Assembly: GCA_026025795.1 (NCBI GenBank)
Contig: JAPEUG010000111.1
Coordinates: 1 to 44,007 of the forward strand
From: Thelocarpon superellum
Taxonomy: Eukaryota
Length of the DNA: 44,007 nucleotides
Direction: 5' to 3'
The notes under the pieces were generated by a model. That model saw nothing but the letters and a program-made list of their open reading frames with translations, was not told the origin of the DNA and ran no database searches. The position numbers and the translations under genes were made by a program. Each line of letters begins with the position of its first letter. The stretch's first letter is position 1. Shown here piece by piece: positions 23,709 through 36,217 of this stretch.

Positions 23709-26660
23709 ATGACAGCACGTAAAGTCATTCCTATCGACAGTGGCTGGGGTTTCAAGCAGGCGGACGATGACAACGTCTCCTTCTTACCCGCCTCGCGCTT
23801 TCCCACGAATGTGCATCTAGACCTGCTCTCCCACGGCTTGATACCCGACCCGTACGTCTCCCAGAATGAACGTCATGTTCAGTGGGTCGCCGACAAGGCT
23901 TGGATCTATCGCACCACCTTCTCTGCACCTCTCGCCGGCCCTCTCAACTCTCTCAAATGTGCACTTGTGTTTGAAGGTCTGGATACGTATGCATCTGTTC
24001 AGCTCAACGGCAGAAAGGTCCATACGTCGGACAACATGTTCCTCGCCACAATGGTCGATGTCACTGGATCTCTGAGAAAAGGTCGAGAGAACGAGCTTGT
24101 CATCACATTTGAGAGCGCACTGATTAGGGGGAACGAGATTCGAGAGAAGTACCAAGGCCATCGGTGGGCGTGCTGGAATGGAGAGCCAGGTCGGCTAGCG
24201 GTTCGAAAGGCTCAACATCACTTTGTTGGTGATGCTGCTCCGAGGTCCACGTTCGACACTGGCTAACGCTGTACAACAGGGGTGGGATTGGGGACCGAAA
24301 CTCATCACCTGTGGCCCTTGGCGGCCAATTTCGCTCGAGGTGTATTCGTCTCGACTCTCGGACTTGTCCATTGAGACGCAGGTCGGCGAATCTCTACGTG
24401 TGGCAGAAGTCATTGCCAAGGCGAGTGTCGAAGGACCGGCGTCGACGGTGACATTTGAGATTCTCTTGCATGGAAAGACCGTGGCAGCAGAAGACATGTC
24501 AGTCAAAGACGGTTATGCAACGACCACATTTCGTACCAACGAGCCCCAGCTCTGGTATCCCGCTGGCTATGGAAGCCAGCCTCTGTACACCTTGACGGCT
24601 CATCTTCGATGCGAGGGAGAGGAAGTCGACGTGGCGAGAAAGAGATTTGGGCTAAGAAGAGCCAGACTGATCCAACGTGAGCTGAAGGGGGCACTTGGCT
24701 CGTCTTTTTTCTTCGAAATCAATGGTACTCCAATCTTCTGTGGCGGCAGTAACTGGATCCCAGCGGACTGTTTTCTTCCCAGGATCGGAGAAGAACGGTA
24801 CAGGATCCTGGTGAAGCTGGCGGCAGATGGGAACCAAAAGATGCTCCGGGTTTGGGGAGGGGGAATATATGAAGACCCGGCCTTCTACGATGCATGCGAC
24901 GAGCTCGGCGTTCTGGTGTGGCAGGACTTTCAGTTTGCGTGCGGAAACTATCCCGCATTCCCAGCATTTCTTGCCTCGGTCAAGAAGGAGGCCATTTCCA
25001 ACGTCAGGGCCTTGCGACATCATCCGTCGATCGTCATTTGGGCGGGCAACAACGAGGACTATCAGGTTCGAGAGGCGGAGAAGTTGGAATATGATGAGGG
25101 AGCCACAAACCCACAAGACTGGTTGCAAGGGACATTTCCGGCGCGGTACATCTACGAGAAGATATTGGTCGATGTGATGAGGGAGTTTGCGCCTGGGACG
25201 GCCTATCGTTTCGGCTCTCCGTGGGGAGGCAAGGATACGAGAGATGTGACAGCGGGAGATATCCATCAATGGAACGGTTAGACTCAATGGGACCTCTCCT
25301 TGGCAGCGCTGACAACCGCTTACAGTGTGGCACGAGAAGCAAGACCCGTACCAAGATTTCGAGAGACTTGCTGGACGATTCGTGTCGGAGTTTGGAATGC
25401 AAGCATACCCGGATATCAAAACCATCGATGGCTTCTTACCGCCAGGAGGCATCGAACGACACGCGCAATCGCCGACGATGGATTTCCACAACAAGGCTAC
25501 TGGGCATCAACGGCGATTATCCACGTGAGGGCCGCACGCTATATCGTCCTCAACCATTTGGCTGACTGATTAGATACATGGTCGAGAATATCCGGCACGA
25601 TTTCCAGCCACTGGAGAAATACATCTACAGCACACAACTGATACAGGCCGAGTGTCTGAGCAATGCGTACCGCGCCTTTCGACGACAGTGGAAAGGTCCA
25701 GGAAGGGAGTACTGCGCAGGCGCTCTGGCGTGGCAGTTGAACGACGCCTGGCCTGGGACATCGTGGTGCGTCGTTTTGCCTACTGACAGGAATCTCCCAA
25801 GCGCACTGCTCATTTACTTTCCCAGGTCCATCATCGACTACTCCCTGCGGCCGAAGTTGGGCTACTATGCTATCAAGCGAGAACTAGCACCGATCACGCT
25901 CGTGTTACAGCGGAGAAGCAGGCGTACGCGCTCCTCGACCGACATCACCGTACCTAAGCTGGAAGTATGGGCGTCAAACTTCACCGCGAAAGCGCGCACG
26001 GTGACGATCCGGCTACAAGCTTGGGATATTCTGACAGGCTCACTACTCCTCTCGCGACTCATTGCCTCGGACATGGCCATTGGCGGGAACCAGAGCAGCG
26101 GAATCGGCATTCTCGATTACCATGCCCTGATTGGGGAAGTTCACAAAGACGTAGACGAATACAAGATCATGCTTGAAGCGACCATGACATTCTCCGACAC
26201 CACGACCCAACCCAAATCGGGTACATATCAGCGGCAGGTGGAGGAGGAAATGGGGGAGGAAGAGAGGAAGAAGAAGGAGATAAGCGCCACATCCTGGCCT
26301 GATCCACTTCGCTACATCCCTTACCCCCCGTCATCATCCTACGTCCCGAGCGGCCTACGAGCCACGCTGTCACGAAAGAGACGACTCGTTACACTCTCCG
26401 CGGACGTGCCTGTCAAGGCTGTTTGCGTACCTGTCTCTGCTCTGGAGGAGGCGGATGGAAAAGGGGAAAGAAAATGGGTGGCTGATGATAATGGATTCGA
26501 CCTCCTCCCTGGCCGTGTCTATCATGTACGCTTGATTTCATTGCCACCTGTTGACGGCGAGAGACATGGAGACGAGTACGAGCATGACCCTGACAGCGAC
26601 GATGACGATGACGATGGCGATGATGACGAGGCCATTGATGTCTTTTACCTTGGGAAATGA
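23709..26660 (+). CDS. mndB: Glycoside hydrolase family 2 beta-mannosidase, probably intracellular (MndB-type); 5 exons
   Basis: Exons 23709-24224, 24280-25276, 25326-25524, 25574-25765 and 25826-26660. FEGLDTYA, GWDWGP, GSNWIPAD, RVWGGGIYE, VWQDF.FAC, GNNE (acid/base), SEFG (nucleophile), WQLND.WP. No signal peptide; acidic C-terminal tail. Confidence 0.92.
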
Positions 26661-26705
26661 CTCCCTCTACGTTTCCTTGCTTCAATTTACTGATCTCCAA
26701 GAGAG

Positions 26706-27948
26706 TCATGCCACCCCCCCGATCAAGATCTTGATTCCCTTCCCGGCCTTCACGTCGCTAAAGGCCTCTTCGGCCTTATCAAACGGCACCATTTTCGTAA
26801 TCAGCTCCTTGACGCGCACCTTGCCATCCGCGACCATCTGCACCGCGAGCGGGTAGTCGCCCTCGGCGTAGCGGAAGCTCCCGCGGACCACAAGCTCCTT
26901 GGTCGTCATAGCCGTGACGGGGAACGAGACGTCCGGCTTGCCCATGCCGCCCTGGACATACGTCCCGCCGGATCTCAGCACATGGACGGCCGTCTGCACG
27001 GACGGTTCGGCGCCCGACGCCTCGATCGCCACGTCCGCGCCCACGCCCAGCTCCTGCTCGTCGATCAACCTCTTTGCCGACTCCGCCGCCGGCGTTTTGG
27101 ACGGCGCAAACGTCCCCGTGGCCGCGAACTTGCGCGCGAACGCCAAGCGCTCTTCGTTGATATCCACACTGATGATCTTCGCGGCGCCGAACGCCCGCGC
27201 CACGCCCGCGCACAGCAAGCCCACCGGCCCTGCGCCAAACACCACCACGCTCTGCCCCGGCCGCACGTCGGCGCGCTTGACTATGTGCACCGCGACGGCC
27301 AGCGGCTCAATCAGCGCGCCCTCTTCCAGCGACACGTGCGCCGGCAGCTGGAAACACATGTCGTGCGGGAGCACGTAGTACTTCGCCAGCGTGCCGTCGT
27401 ACGGCGGCGTCGCCGCGAAGGCGTAGTCCGGGCAGAGGTTGTACCGGCCCGACTTGCAGAAGGTGCAGACGCGACATGGAATGCCCGGTTCCAGGCACAC
27501 TCGGTCGCCTGGTGCGAGGCTGGTGACGCCCGCGCCGACGGCGCTGACGATGCCCGAGGATTCGTGGCCCAGCACCATCGGCGCTCGCACGACGAAATCT
27601 CCTATCGCCCCTGACACCCAGTAGTGTACCTGTCGCGGATCGGAGCGTTAGCTCAATCGACCTGAGGATACCGCCCGTGGATTGGGCGCCGGGGGCAAGG
27701 TGGCGCGGGTGATTGTCGTGACGACCTACATCACTTCCGCAGATTCCGGTCTGCTTGATGTTGACCAAGACATCGGTGTCGTGCTTGAGCTCTGGGACAG
27801 GTCGGTCTTCGTATTGGACCTGTCCCGCCTTTTCGAGCACAAAGGAGGTGTTCTGTGTATGTCGTCGTGTCCATCAGCTGGTCTGCATGAAACGGGTGCA
27901 GGTTCTGCAGGTCGAGGGAGGCGTCATATAGCTCACCTTCTCTGCCAT
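26706..27948 (-). CDS. xdhA: NAD-dependent xylitol/sorbitol dehydrogenase (D-xylulose reductase), Zn-MDR family; 3 exons
   Basis: Exons 27948-27937, 27852-27730 and 27629-26706. GICGSDVHYW, GHESSG, structural Zn motif CRVCTFCKSGRYNLC, GAGPVG and GSFRY. Confidence 0.93.
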
Positions 27949-29432
27949 GCTGGACTTGTGCAATTACTTCGACTGCCCACGTAACTGGATCTATGCGTAT
28001 AGCGTTTGTCTCTCGCTGTCGGCCTCGTCTGAGTGAGTCAAATTATCGCGTTGGTGGGTAATTGATCAAAGGTCGGATGCAGTGCTTGCGTTTGTTGTCC
28101 CCGTGGGCCCCGCTGGCCCGCTGGGCTGACGTCGGGCTTATATTGGGTCTTGACATCAGAGTTCACTGTTACGTAGGCGGCTCGCGGCTCGTGGCTCCCT
28201 GCTCTTTGCTTCTTGCTCCTTGCTCCCCCGCTGACCTTGCATCCTACGCACATAACAGCTGAGGGGGGCCCCTGTGCATTACTCGTACTTGCATAGTGGG
28301 GCACGACCACAAGTTGGTTGGCTAGTGCGCTAGTGCGGGGTACATCTACGCATAGTGCGTGCATAACTAGTAATTACTGCGTGCTTGTATCGTACCTCAT
28401 GCTCTGTAGTTCTCAGAGACATTCAGAACTTCAATACCCAATGACCGTTCATAGCGCCGCCTGATGTCTCAAAAGCACTCATGAGGATCTACTCATCAAT
28501 CAACAACCTTGCGCGTCTCCCGCTCGGAGTAATCCCAAGTCTCTCTCTAGCCGTTCCGCAAAGAGCCGGGCGACGGTGAGGTGCACGGCGCGGCAGCAGA
28601 TTCCTCGGCAGCGAGAGGTTGCTTGATCAAGGTGAGGGACTAGTGGATACGTACGTCGAATGCAGACTGGGGGAGAAGTAGCACAGCATCTTCCGGCCCG
28701 TCGATGGGCCCTTGATGATCGATGGAAGACGTTGTCACGACTTGCACAACGGCCACGATCACACACAACAACGTTGGGTTGCCTGGGAGCGAGACCTGCG
28801 GATAAGCGGATACCGCAGGAGGAGTTGGCGAGAGATGGCTCTTCTTGACGCCCGCCGATGGCCGATGTGGTTCATTGTTAAAACCACCCCACGAGGGTAC
28901 GGGGCGGTAAGGAGTCCTTGTCACGCCTCGGGCACCGCTCGAAATTAGTTCTTAGACTCTCGTCTTGAACTCTCGCCAACTGCCGTACTGTGGAGGCTCC
29001 ATAAGGGAGCTCGAGGCTTCTGACTCGGCCGCCGCACGTGACCCACAATAGCTGTATATTAGAACAACAGATAGCTTCTGTAGAATAGACCCCCATCTCC
29101 AGTGAAGTTTTCGGGGTGCGTCAGTACCTAGGGTCGCGTAGCGAGCGGCTGTGGAATGCAAAAGTCATGGTGCAGCGGGTAAGGCTGCGTCGTATGCCTT
29201 GTCAATCGGACTGCCTCGCTTCGTGCTGTACCTGGTCAACGCTAGATGAGGCAACTAACATGGCTCCTCGTAGCGGCGGCCAACGGCCCACGTCACACCA
29301 AACTTCACACAATGGCAGTAATGATCGTCTCGGTTGGTGTTACACAGGCCCATGGCCGTGGCATTTCTCAGGTTCAAGAGAGTACAACCTACAGAATTGA
29401 AAGGTCCCATCGTCCATGCCAAGGTCCACTCC

Positions 29433-31383
29433 TCACCAGGCATCCTTGACCTCGCTCTTCTCTACCCGGACGATCTTGTCGCAGTTCAAGATGCACTGAG
29501 GATCAAATGCAAGCTTGAGCTGGGTGCGGCACCATCATGTCAGCCGCAGTCCGTTGGGCGACGCACAAACCCGCCATGACTCTCACCTTTCGCATCGCGT
29601 CCACCGTCGTCTCGCCCAACTCGTGCTCGAGATAGTCACGCTTGATCAAGCCTACGCCATGCTCACCCGTCACCGTACCCTCCATCTCGACCGCGCGCTT
29701 GACCATTCGATGCACCACCGCTTCGGCCGCCGTACGCTCGCGGTCGCTGAAGAGCAAGATCGCTTCCGTTTCGGTCAGCGTCGCCTCGAAGCCGGGGGGG
29801 GGGGGCTCTGACTCACCATGGAAGTTTCCGTCTCCGACATGGCCGACGATGGCGCCCAGGAGACCACTGCGACGCACATCCTCCTTGGTCTCGTCGATAA
29901 TGTCCGGTAGCCGAGAGATGGGCACGGCAACGTCCGTCGTCCACACATGATCGCCGTCGTCCCGGCGCATGGCCATGACGCTCCACAGCGCCTCTTTCCG
30001 CGCGCTCCAGAGCTCCGCGACCTCGTCAGCGTTTTTGGCGAAATCAAAGGTGTGGCTTCCCTCGGCCTTGGCCAGCTTCTGCACCATCCCAATCTGCTCT
30101 TTCACCCCGGTCGGCGTCCCGGTGAATTTAAAGAACAGCGTGGGTGCCTCCTTCCAGTCGCGCGACGTCGATCCCGACGCGTTGATGCATTTCATCTGCA
30201 CGTCGTCCAAGACCTCCACCGCGGCAATCGGAAGGCCTTGGCCCACCACCCGGGCCACGCACTTCGCGGCGGCGCGGATCGATGGGAAGCTGGCAACAGC
30301 GACGCTCTCGCTCTTCGGCGCCACCGTCACCTTGAGCGTCGCTTCTGTGACCAGCCCCAGCGTGCCTTCACTGCCGATGAAGATCCGGGTGAGATCGTAG
30401 CCGGCGCTGCTCTTCCGGGGTCGTTGCCGCGTCTTGATGATAGTACCATCGGCCAACACGACGGTGAGACTGAGCACCCACTCGCGCATCGTACCGTATC
30501 GGTAGGCGTTGGTGCCCGAGCACCCCGTGCCGACCATGCCACCAATCATCGCCCCGGGGCCGGGGTCGGGCGGGAAGAAAAGATGCTCCTCAGCCAGGGC
30601 CGTATTGAGCTCTTCCCATCCCACAGCCGGCTGGACGACGACGTCCAAGTCGTCCCGGTGTAGGTGTAGAATCCGATTCATTCGACCAAAATCAATGCAG
30701 ATGCCTCCCCGCGTCGCCGAGTAGTGTCCCTCGAGACTGGTGCCCCCCGAATACGCTGTGATGGGGATGCGTCGCTGGTGACAGACCTTCGCGATACGAC
30801 TGACCTCCTCCGTTGAGGATGGAAAGACGACGAGGAACGGTCGTTCGCTAGACGCAGGCGTGTAGGAAGACCACGACGAGCCCGAGTGCGACTCCAAGTC
30901 ATCCTCGCGCGTCGACACATGTTCCTGTCCGACGATGGCGACCAAGTCCGTCCACGCAGCCTGCAGATTATTCGGCGACGTGTCATGTCGCGGAGGCTCC
31001 GTCGAGCGGAGCGGCGCCGTCGAGCTCGACGAAGGCGCCAGCGGCGTGAGCGTGCCCAGATAGTAGCACGCCAGCGAGGACGACAGAATCACAAACGTCG
31101 TGGCAAACGCCCACCCGGACCCGTTCTCGCCCTGGCGGCCCTCCGCCGCAAACCGCCGTTGCTCTGTTCGTTCGCGCTGGAGCCGCTGCGACGTGCTCTC
31201 GTACAATTGACCCTTGAAGGAGCGTGGGACCTTGTCGTTGACTTTGTCGTTGGCCGTCGTCAGCGGCCGCGCTCCGTGGGCGGGCGTGGCCGGGTGCATT
31301 GTGAGCCGTGGCCGCCGACACGCCTTCAGCGGCGGTCGCATACATCGCCAGAGACGTTGGGTGGGAAGGGGGCCGTTTGACAT
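29433..31383 (-). CDS. DLD1: Mitochondrial FAD-linked D-lactate dehydrogenase (cytochrome); 3 exons
   Basis: Exons 31383-29817, 29762-29587 and 29519-29433. Arg-rich presequence plus TM segment, GGTSLEGH, FPPDPGPGA, GSEGTLG, GHVGDGNFH, GEHGVG and LKLAFDP..ILN.DKI. Confidence 0.94.
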
Positions 31384-31767
31384 GGCGGGCAGCGCATATC
31401 TGACGAAGTGAAGCTCAGGTCTATTGCAGTACGTCGGCGAGTAATTCTGTCGTGTCGCAAAGTCAAGTTGCCGCGAATTGAAATTGCCGCGAATTGAAAG
31501 TGCGGCTCGCGCGCATCGGTTACATCCATCCGCCAATCCGTCCATCCGTCCATCCGTCCATCCCTCCGTCGACCTTGCCCGTCCGTAGCGCTACACGGAT
31601 AGGAGTCCATCTACGTGCTTGGAGATGCCTCTTCGATCTCGTCAATCAATTGAATTTGGGGGTGCTAATGTACAAAAACCATCGCCTTGTCCATAGCCCT
31701 CCATCAGAGTGGTACTACCAGAAAAGATCCGGCCGGGTGATGGGTCGGCGAAGATGGCGTCAGACGC

Positions 31768-33718
31768 TCATGGGTAGGCCGGCATGAGCTGCACGTTGAA
31801 GGTGGCCTTGGCGTCGCTGACGTGCGTCAGGTAGGCGCCCAGCTCATCGTCCTCGTCAATCTCAAAGGGCACCTCGTTGTTGTTGGGCTCGCGCACGATG
31901 CCGTCGATCCGCACCAGCGCCGCGTCCGGATGCTTCGACGTCGCCAACGCCCGCAGCTCCTGCACCGAGACCGAGGTGAGCGTGGCGAGCCAGACCTTGG
32001 TCGAATGGTTGATCTGCGACAGCGGGCTCAAGCGGAAGTAGACGGGGATGGACGTAGACGAGGCCGCTGGGTAGGCCGACGACGGGCCGAAGCCGTCGGC
32101 GGCAAATTGCTGGTCCTGTTGCTGCTGCTGCTGCTGGTCCATCACCAACGACGGATCGTTGGCCGCCATGAGCAGGGATGGGTCGATCTGGAGATCGCCG
32201 TGGTCAGCTTGCACCTGCGCGAGCGCTTGGGCGGGCAACGACGTGGCGTGCGGGGACGGCGCGGCCGGCTTGGGCGCAACGGGACCGGGTCCGGGGCCCT
32301 CGATGCGTGGCTTCTTCCGCGAGGGATCGCGCTTGGTCTGGTCGTCCCGCAGACGCTTCATGACATCGCGGCACAAGACCTCCATGGCCTTGACCTTGGT
32401 GTTGTGCTGAGGATCGTCGTCGCCCGGCGCGAGGATCTGCTTCAACAGGTCCGAGCCCTGGATCCACTGTTCCTTCAGCTCCTTCCAGTGGTCATCCCCC
32501 GCCTCGAGCTTGCTGGTGAAGTGATCGGCCTTGAGCGTCTGGTAGAAGGCATTGCGGATCTCACGGCTCTGCTCCGGATTGACGCCGAGCGCGTTCTTGG
32601 CCTCGGCAATCGTCATGCGGCGCTCCAGCGTGCGCATACGCTTGGTGACATCGGTGCAGACGACGTCGAGCGCGAGCGCCTTGGCGTCCAGCTGCGTGTT
32701 GTTGCCCCAGAAGACCGACTGGAGGTGCGGCGACTCCTGGATGAGCCGGTCCTTGGCTGCTTGCCACTTCTCCGGCCCGGCGATGGTCTTCTTGATGAAC
32801 CCGCCGTCCTCACAGATGCGCTGGAAGCTGTCGCGAATCTCGCGGTAGAGGTCGTTGCTGAGGCTCAGAAAGGCCTTGCTCTCGTCGATGGTCGTCTCCG
32901 AGGGGAAACGCGGGGGCCCCGGCGGGTCGGCGGGCAGGCCCGCCCAGCCGCGCGTGCGACGGCGGCGCTTGCGGGAGGCCCATCGCTCCGCGCTCTCCTG
33001 CTGCAGCTTGACCTGGCGTTCCTGTCGCTTGGCCACGACCTCGGGCGCGAGCTCCGGCGTGGGCTCCTTGACCAGCGCACCATCCTTCCGGCCTTCCTCC
33101 ACCTCGGCGAGTAAGAAGCCCTGGTCGAGCTCGGCGATGCTGCTGTGGTTGGGCTCACCGTCCTCGGCGTGCGGGCCCGTCTTGGGCGTGACGGCCTTCA
33201 TGCCATTCGGCACGCGCAGGAGCCATCGATTCTTGGCCCGCACGCGCATGAGCTCGCGCTCCTTGATGTCGTGGCCCTCTTGGTTCAGGATCTTGAGCAT
33301 CTCCTTCTGGCTCGTGTTCCGGTCCCATAGCTCTTTGACGCGCGCGACGAGCGGGGCATTCTTGTGAGCCGGATTCTGCTTGCTGGGGAAATCCCAACGC
33401 TTGAATTGCGTCTGGAAGGCACGTTTGCTATCATCACCGAAGACAAATCAGCACGCACATCTTGCACGGGTCCCGGGGTCCCGGGGTCCCGGTCGGCCGA
33501 TCGTCGGACGACGCGCAGGCGCAGCCCAGGCTGAACTGCGGTCACCGACATGTCGACCTCTTGAGCGCTGATGGCGGGCAGGGGAAGAGGGAACGACAGT
33601 ACCTCGGAGCGAAATTTTGCTCGTTCTTCATGTACTCCATGATCTCCTCGAGCGAGCGCTTGTCCTCGATGTACATGCGATAGCAGACATCTTCCTTGCC
33701 TTCCCAATCGTACACCAT
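31768..33718 (-). CDS. Clr5-domain protein (putative chromatin/transcription regulator); 2 exons
   Basis: Exons 33718-33603 and 33427-31768. N-terminus MVYDWEGKEDVCYRMYIEDKRSLEEIMEYMK..NFAPSKRAFQTQFKRWDF matches the Clr5-domain pattern. Also an NLS-like RKRRRR and a poly-Q tract. Confidence 0.88.
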
Positions 33719-34681
33719 CGTGCCGCGGCTCGCGACGGATCCTCCGGCGACAAGGTGGATGAGCTTCTTTGCGGCCGCGATATGCTCGAGGTACCTGCGT
33801 ACCTACCGGAAAGTACGGTGGACTGGTGATACTCGTGATACTGTACGTGAGACGAATTGCGTTGTTGGTCAGGAACTCGGTGGAGCTGGCAGGATCTGCA
33901 TCACGGAGGTTCGTGGGCACACCAAGAGATGAGTGAGAATGAGCGAAGAGCTTTCACCACGGCCGACCGCTCCTCGCGAGTTTGGGTGGGGGGCAGCACG
34001 CCTTCCGTAGCGCTTGGTACGGAGGACGGGTGCGACAGTTGGGGGCGGCTGGGCTCGCTTGTGCGGCAGAGGAGCAAAAGCTCGGTGGCGAGGTCGAGCG
34101 TCCGGCTCGCCGGATCGGGCATGTTAAGCGTGAGTTAAAGCACGACAGCCGAGAAGTAGTGCCGACGACATGGCGAGTACACGTTACTACAGAGAGCCGA
34201 GCTCGTCCAGCGTCATCAGATCAGGAGAGGATTCACGAAGAGCATTCACGAAGACCATCGCTGTCACTACGTTCGGTCTTCTTGAGAACCATGTCTTCAA
34301 GGTGCCTGACGCCAGTTCTGATCAGTCATGCAGCTGTTGAGATGTAATCCTATGTACATATATGCCTGGGCGTGTTGGAGGGAAAAGAGAGACGAAGTGA
34401 GAGGCGGTGGAAAGAGGGAGGTTGTGGGGAAATCAGAGAGAAAGGATCGCCGCGTCAGGGATGCCAAAGGCTCAAGTCAAGTGAGGATGCTGTAGACTGC
34501 AGGCGGTGGAGCCAAGACCCACCCTCCCCACGCTTCCCACGTCAGCGCCCATGCCAACGCCAGGCCCAGTCGTAAAATGAAGAGATTCCGCCGCCATGTC
34601 CCTGGTCCTGAGCGCCAGTGTCGAGGTTCCCCGAGCGTCCCGAGAAGCACCCGCCCGTAGCCTCACATGATCATCACGTCG

Positions 34682-36217
34682 TCACCAGCGTCCACGCATG
34701 CGTCGACCCAGCTTGAAGAGTCGTGTCTTCAGCCAGACCACAAAGACCGTCCATCGGCCACGTGCCGTCTTTCGCGCCGTGTTCGTCGTCGACGTGCCGT
34801 GGCTGCCCTTTCGGGGGGCGGGCGTTGGCTCGGCCGCGGCCGCGGAGCTTTCGAGGGTGGAGTACTCCCGGCCTGCGACGGCATCCGGCTTCTCGTTGCT
34901 GAGCGATGACTTGGAGCGGGTACGGTCGCGGTCACGGTCACGGTCGCGACCCTCGGACTTCCGCCGTTGCTGTTCTTGAATCTTCTCCCGCTTGCGGTTT
35001 TCACGCTCCATCACCTTGAGCTCTTCCTTCTCCGCCTTCTGCGCCTTGGCCGCTTCGCGCTCGGTGAAGGCTTGTCGGGCGGCCCGGATGGATGCTTCAC
35101 GCGTTGTCGCGTCCGACATGGTGCGCGTGCGCCGTGGGCCGCGTTTGTCGAGCGAGGATCGACTGAGGGGCGAGATGGCGTCGAGTGGACTGATGGCGTC
35201 GAGACGAGGCGGGATCGAGCTAGGCGTGCCGGAGAGGTTGGTCTGCGACGCGTCAAGCAGCTTGGCGGAGGATAGGTTGGTTTGCAGACGAAGAGGTCCG
35301 GGCTGTGGGGGTAAGGATGGTGAAGCAGCGCCGCTGCGGTGTGACGCATCGCGCACAATCTGGCGGACCCGTTCTTCCTCGTCCTCGCCCGTCACCGTGC
35401 CCTCGACCGAGTATTCACTGCCCAGGACCGAATTCTGATACGACTGCGCAATGGGAGGTGTGTAGGGCCGAGGCGTCTGTCGCATCGGATGAACGTATCC
35501 CCGCGTGCCGCTGCCAGTCGTCGTGGTCGACAGACCCGACGTCGCGCTGGTCGAGCGGTGGTGCGAGGCCGCCGCTCGTTTCGAGCCCGGCGCGAAGCTC
35601 GTCTCGTTGCCCGTCCACCCACTCGGTCCCGCGTCGGAGACGTACAGGGCCAGCCCTTCATTCTCATTCATCGACCGCGAGAGGTCCAACGAGTGCTCCT
35701 CGGGACTCGTCAGCTTCCGCAGTAACGGCTTGATCTTGGTCTTGCTCCGGGACGTGGCGGGGCTGGTGAGCGGGTCCGGAAAGGCATACGAGGTCTCGTC
35801 CTGGTCGACGACCGGAGGTGTCGTTGGCGCGCCGTATGTGAAGGCAGACGAGTGCGGTGGATCCGTCGCTGCGGGCGGGACCGTCGAGGCTGAGTCGGCC
35901 CGTTTATGCAACTTGCCATGCGTGGCGACACGGTGAGCGGGGACCCTCGCGCCCCGGCTGGGGAAAGACTTCATCTTGGGTAGGTTGGAGGAGAAGGTAT
36001 CGGAGGCGCCGGGTACCGGTTGGCGGTACCTCCAGCCTGATCCTCCGTCGCGCTCGTCGGATGTCATGAAGCCGCCGAGCGACGCCCCGCCATACGCGGC
36101 TGCATGACTGTCGGGGGCCTCATGTGTGGTGGGCAACATCGGTCGCACAGCGAACGTGTCGGGCAATGGTGGAGAGCGGGCGGGGATCAACGACGGGAGT
36201 CGCGCCGGACGTGACAT
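34682..36217 (-). CDS. Uncharacterised S/T/P-rich fungal protein with a coiled coil and a C-terminal amphipathic W..F..W.KTRL.KL helix; start uncertain (ATG 36217 or 36067)
   Basis: Long uninterrupted ORF (34682-36454). Protein-like segments KIKPLLRKL, YVHPMRQTPRPYTPP and SIRAARQAFTEREAAK. Confidence 0.8.
   Translation of the reverse strand: MSRPARLPSLIPARSPPLPDTFAVRPMLPTTHEAPDSHAAAYGGASLGGFMTSDERDGGSGWRYRQPVPGASDTFSSNLPKMKSFPSRGARVPAHRVATHGKLHKRADSASTVPPAATDPPHSSAFTYGAPTTPPVVDQDETSYAFPDPLTSPATSRSKTKIKPLLRKLTSPEEHSLDLSRSMNENEGLALYVSDAGPSGWTGNETSFAPGSKRAAASHHRSTSATSGLSTTTTGSGTRGYVHPMRQTPRPYTPPIAQSYQNSVLGSEYSVEGTVTGEDEEERVRQIVRDASHRSGAASPSLPPQPGPLRLQTNLSSAKLLDASQTNLSGTPSSIPPRLDAISPLDAISPLSRSSLDKRGPRRTRTMSDATTREASIRAARQAFTEREAAKAQKAEKEELKVMERENRKREKIQEQQRRKSEGRDRDRDRDRTRSKSSLSNEKPDAVAGREYSTLESSAAAAEPTPAPRKGSHGTSTTNTARKTARGRWTVFVVWLKTRLFKLGRRMRGRW

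Noticed and set aside
28296..28340. CreA-like SYGGRG and XlnR-like GGCTAG sites upstream of xylitol dehydrogenase
   Set aside because: Biologically plausible, but degenerate 6-mers are too frequent in GC-rich DNA to call without conservation data.
21444..31383. Esterase, mannosidase, xylitol dehydrogenase and D-lactate dehydrogenase as a metabolic gene cluster
   Set aside because: They share no single pathway and there is no backbone enzyme, transporter or cluster regulator; this looks like ordinary housekeeping gene order.
31822..33114. 430-aa ORF antisense to the Clr5-domain gene (similarly 14153-14845, 26982-27614 and 29947-30663 against their genes)
   Set aside because: These are shadow ORFs produced by GC3-rich codon usage on the opposite strand; their composition is not protein-like.
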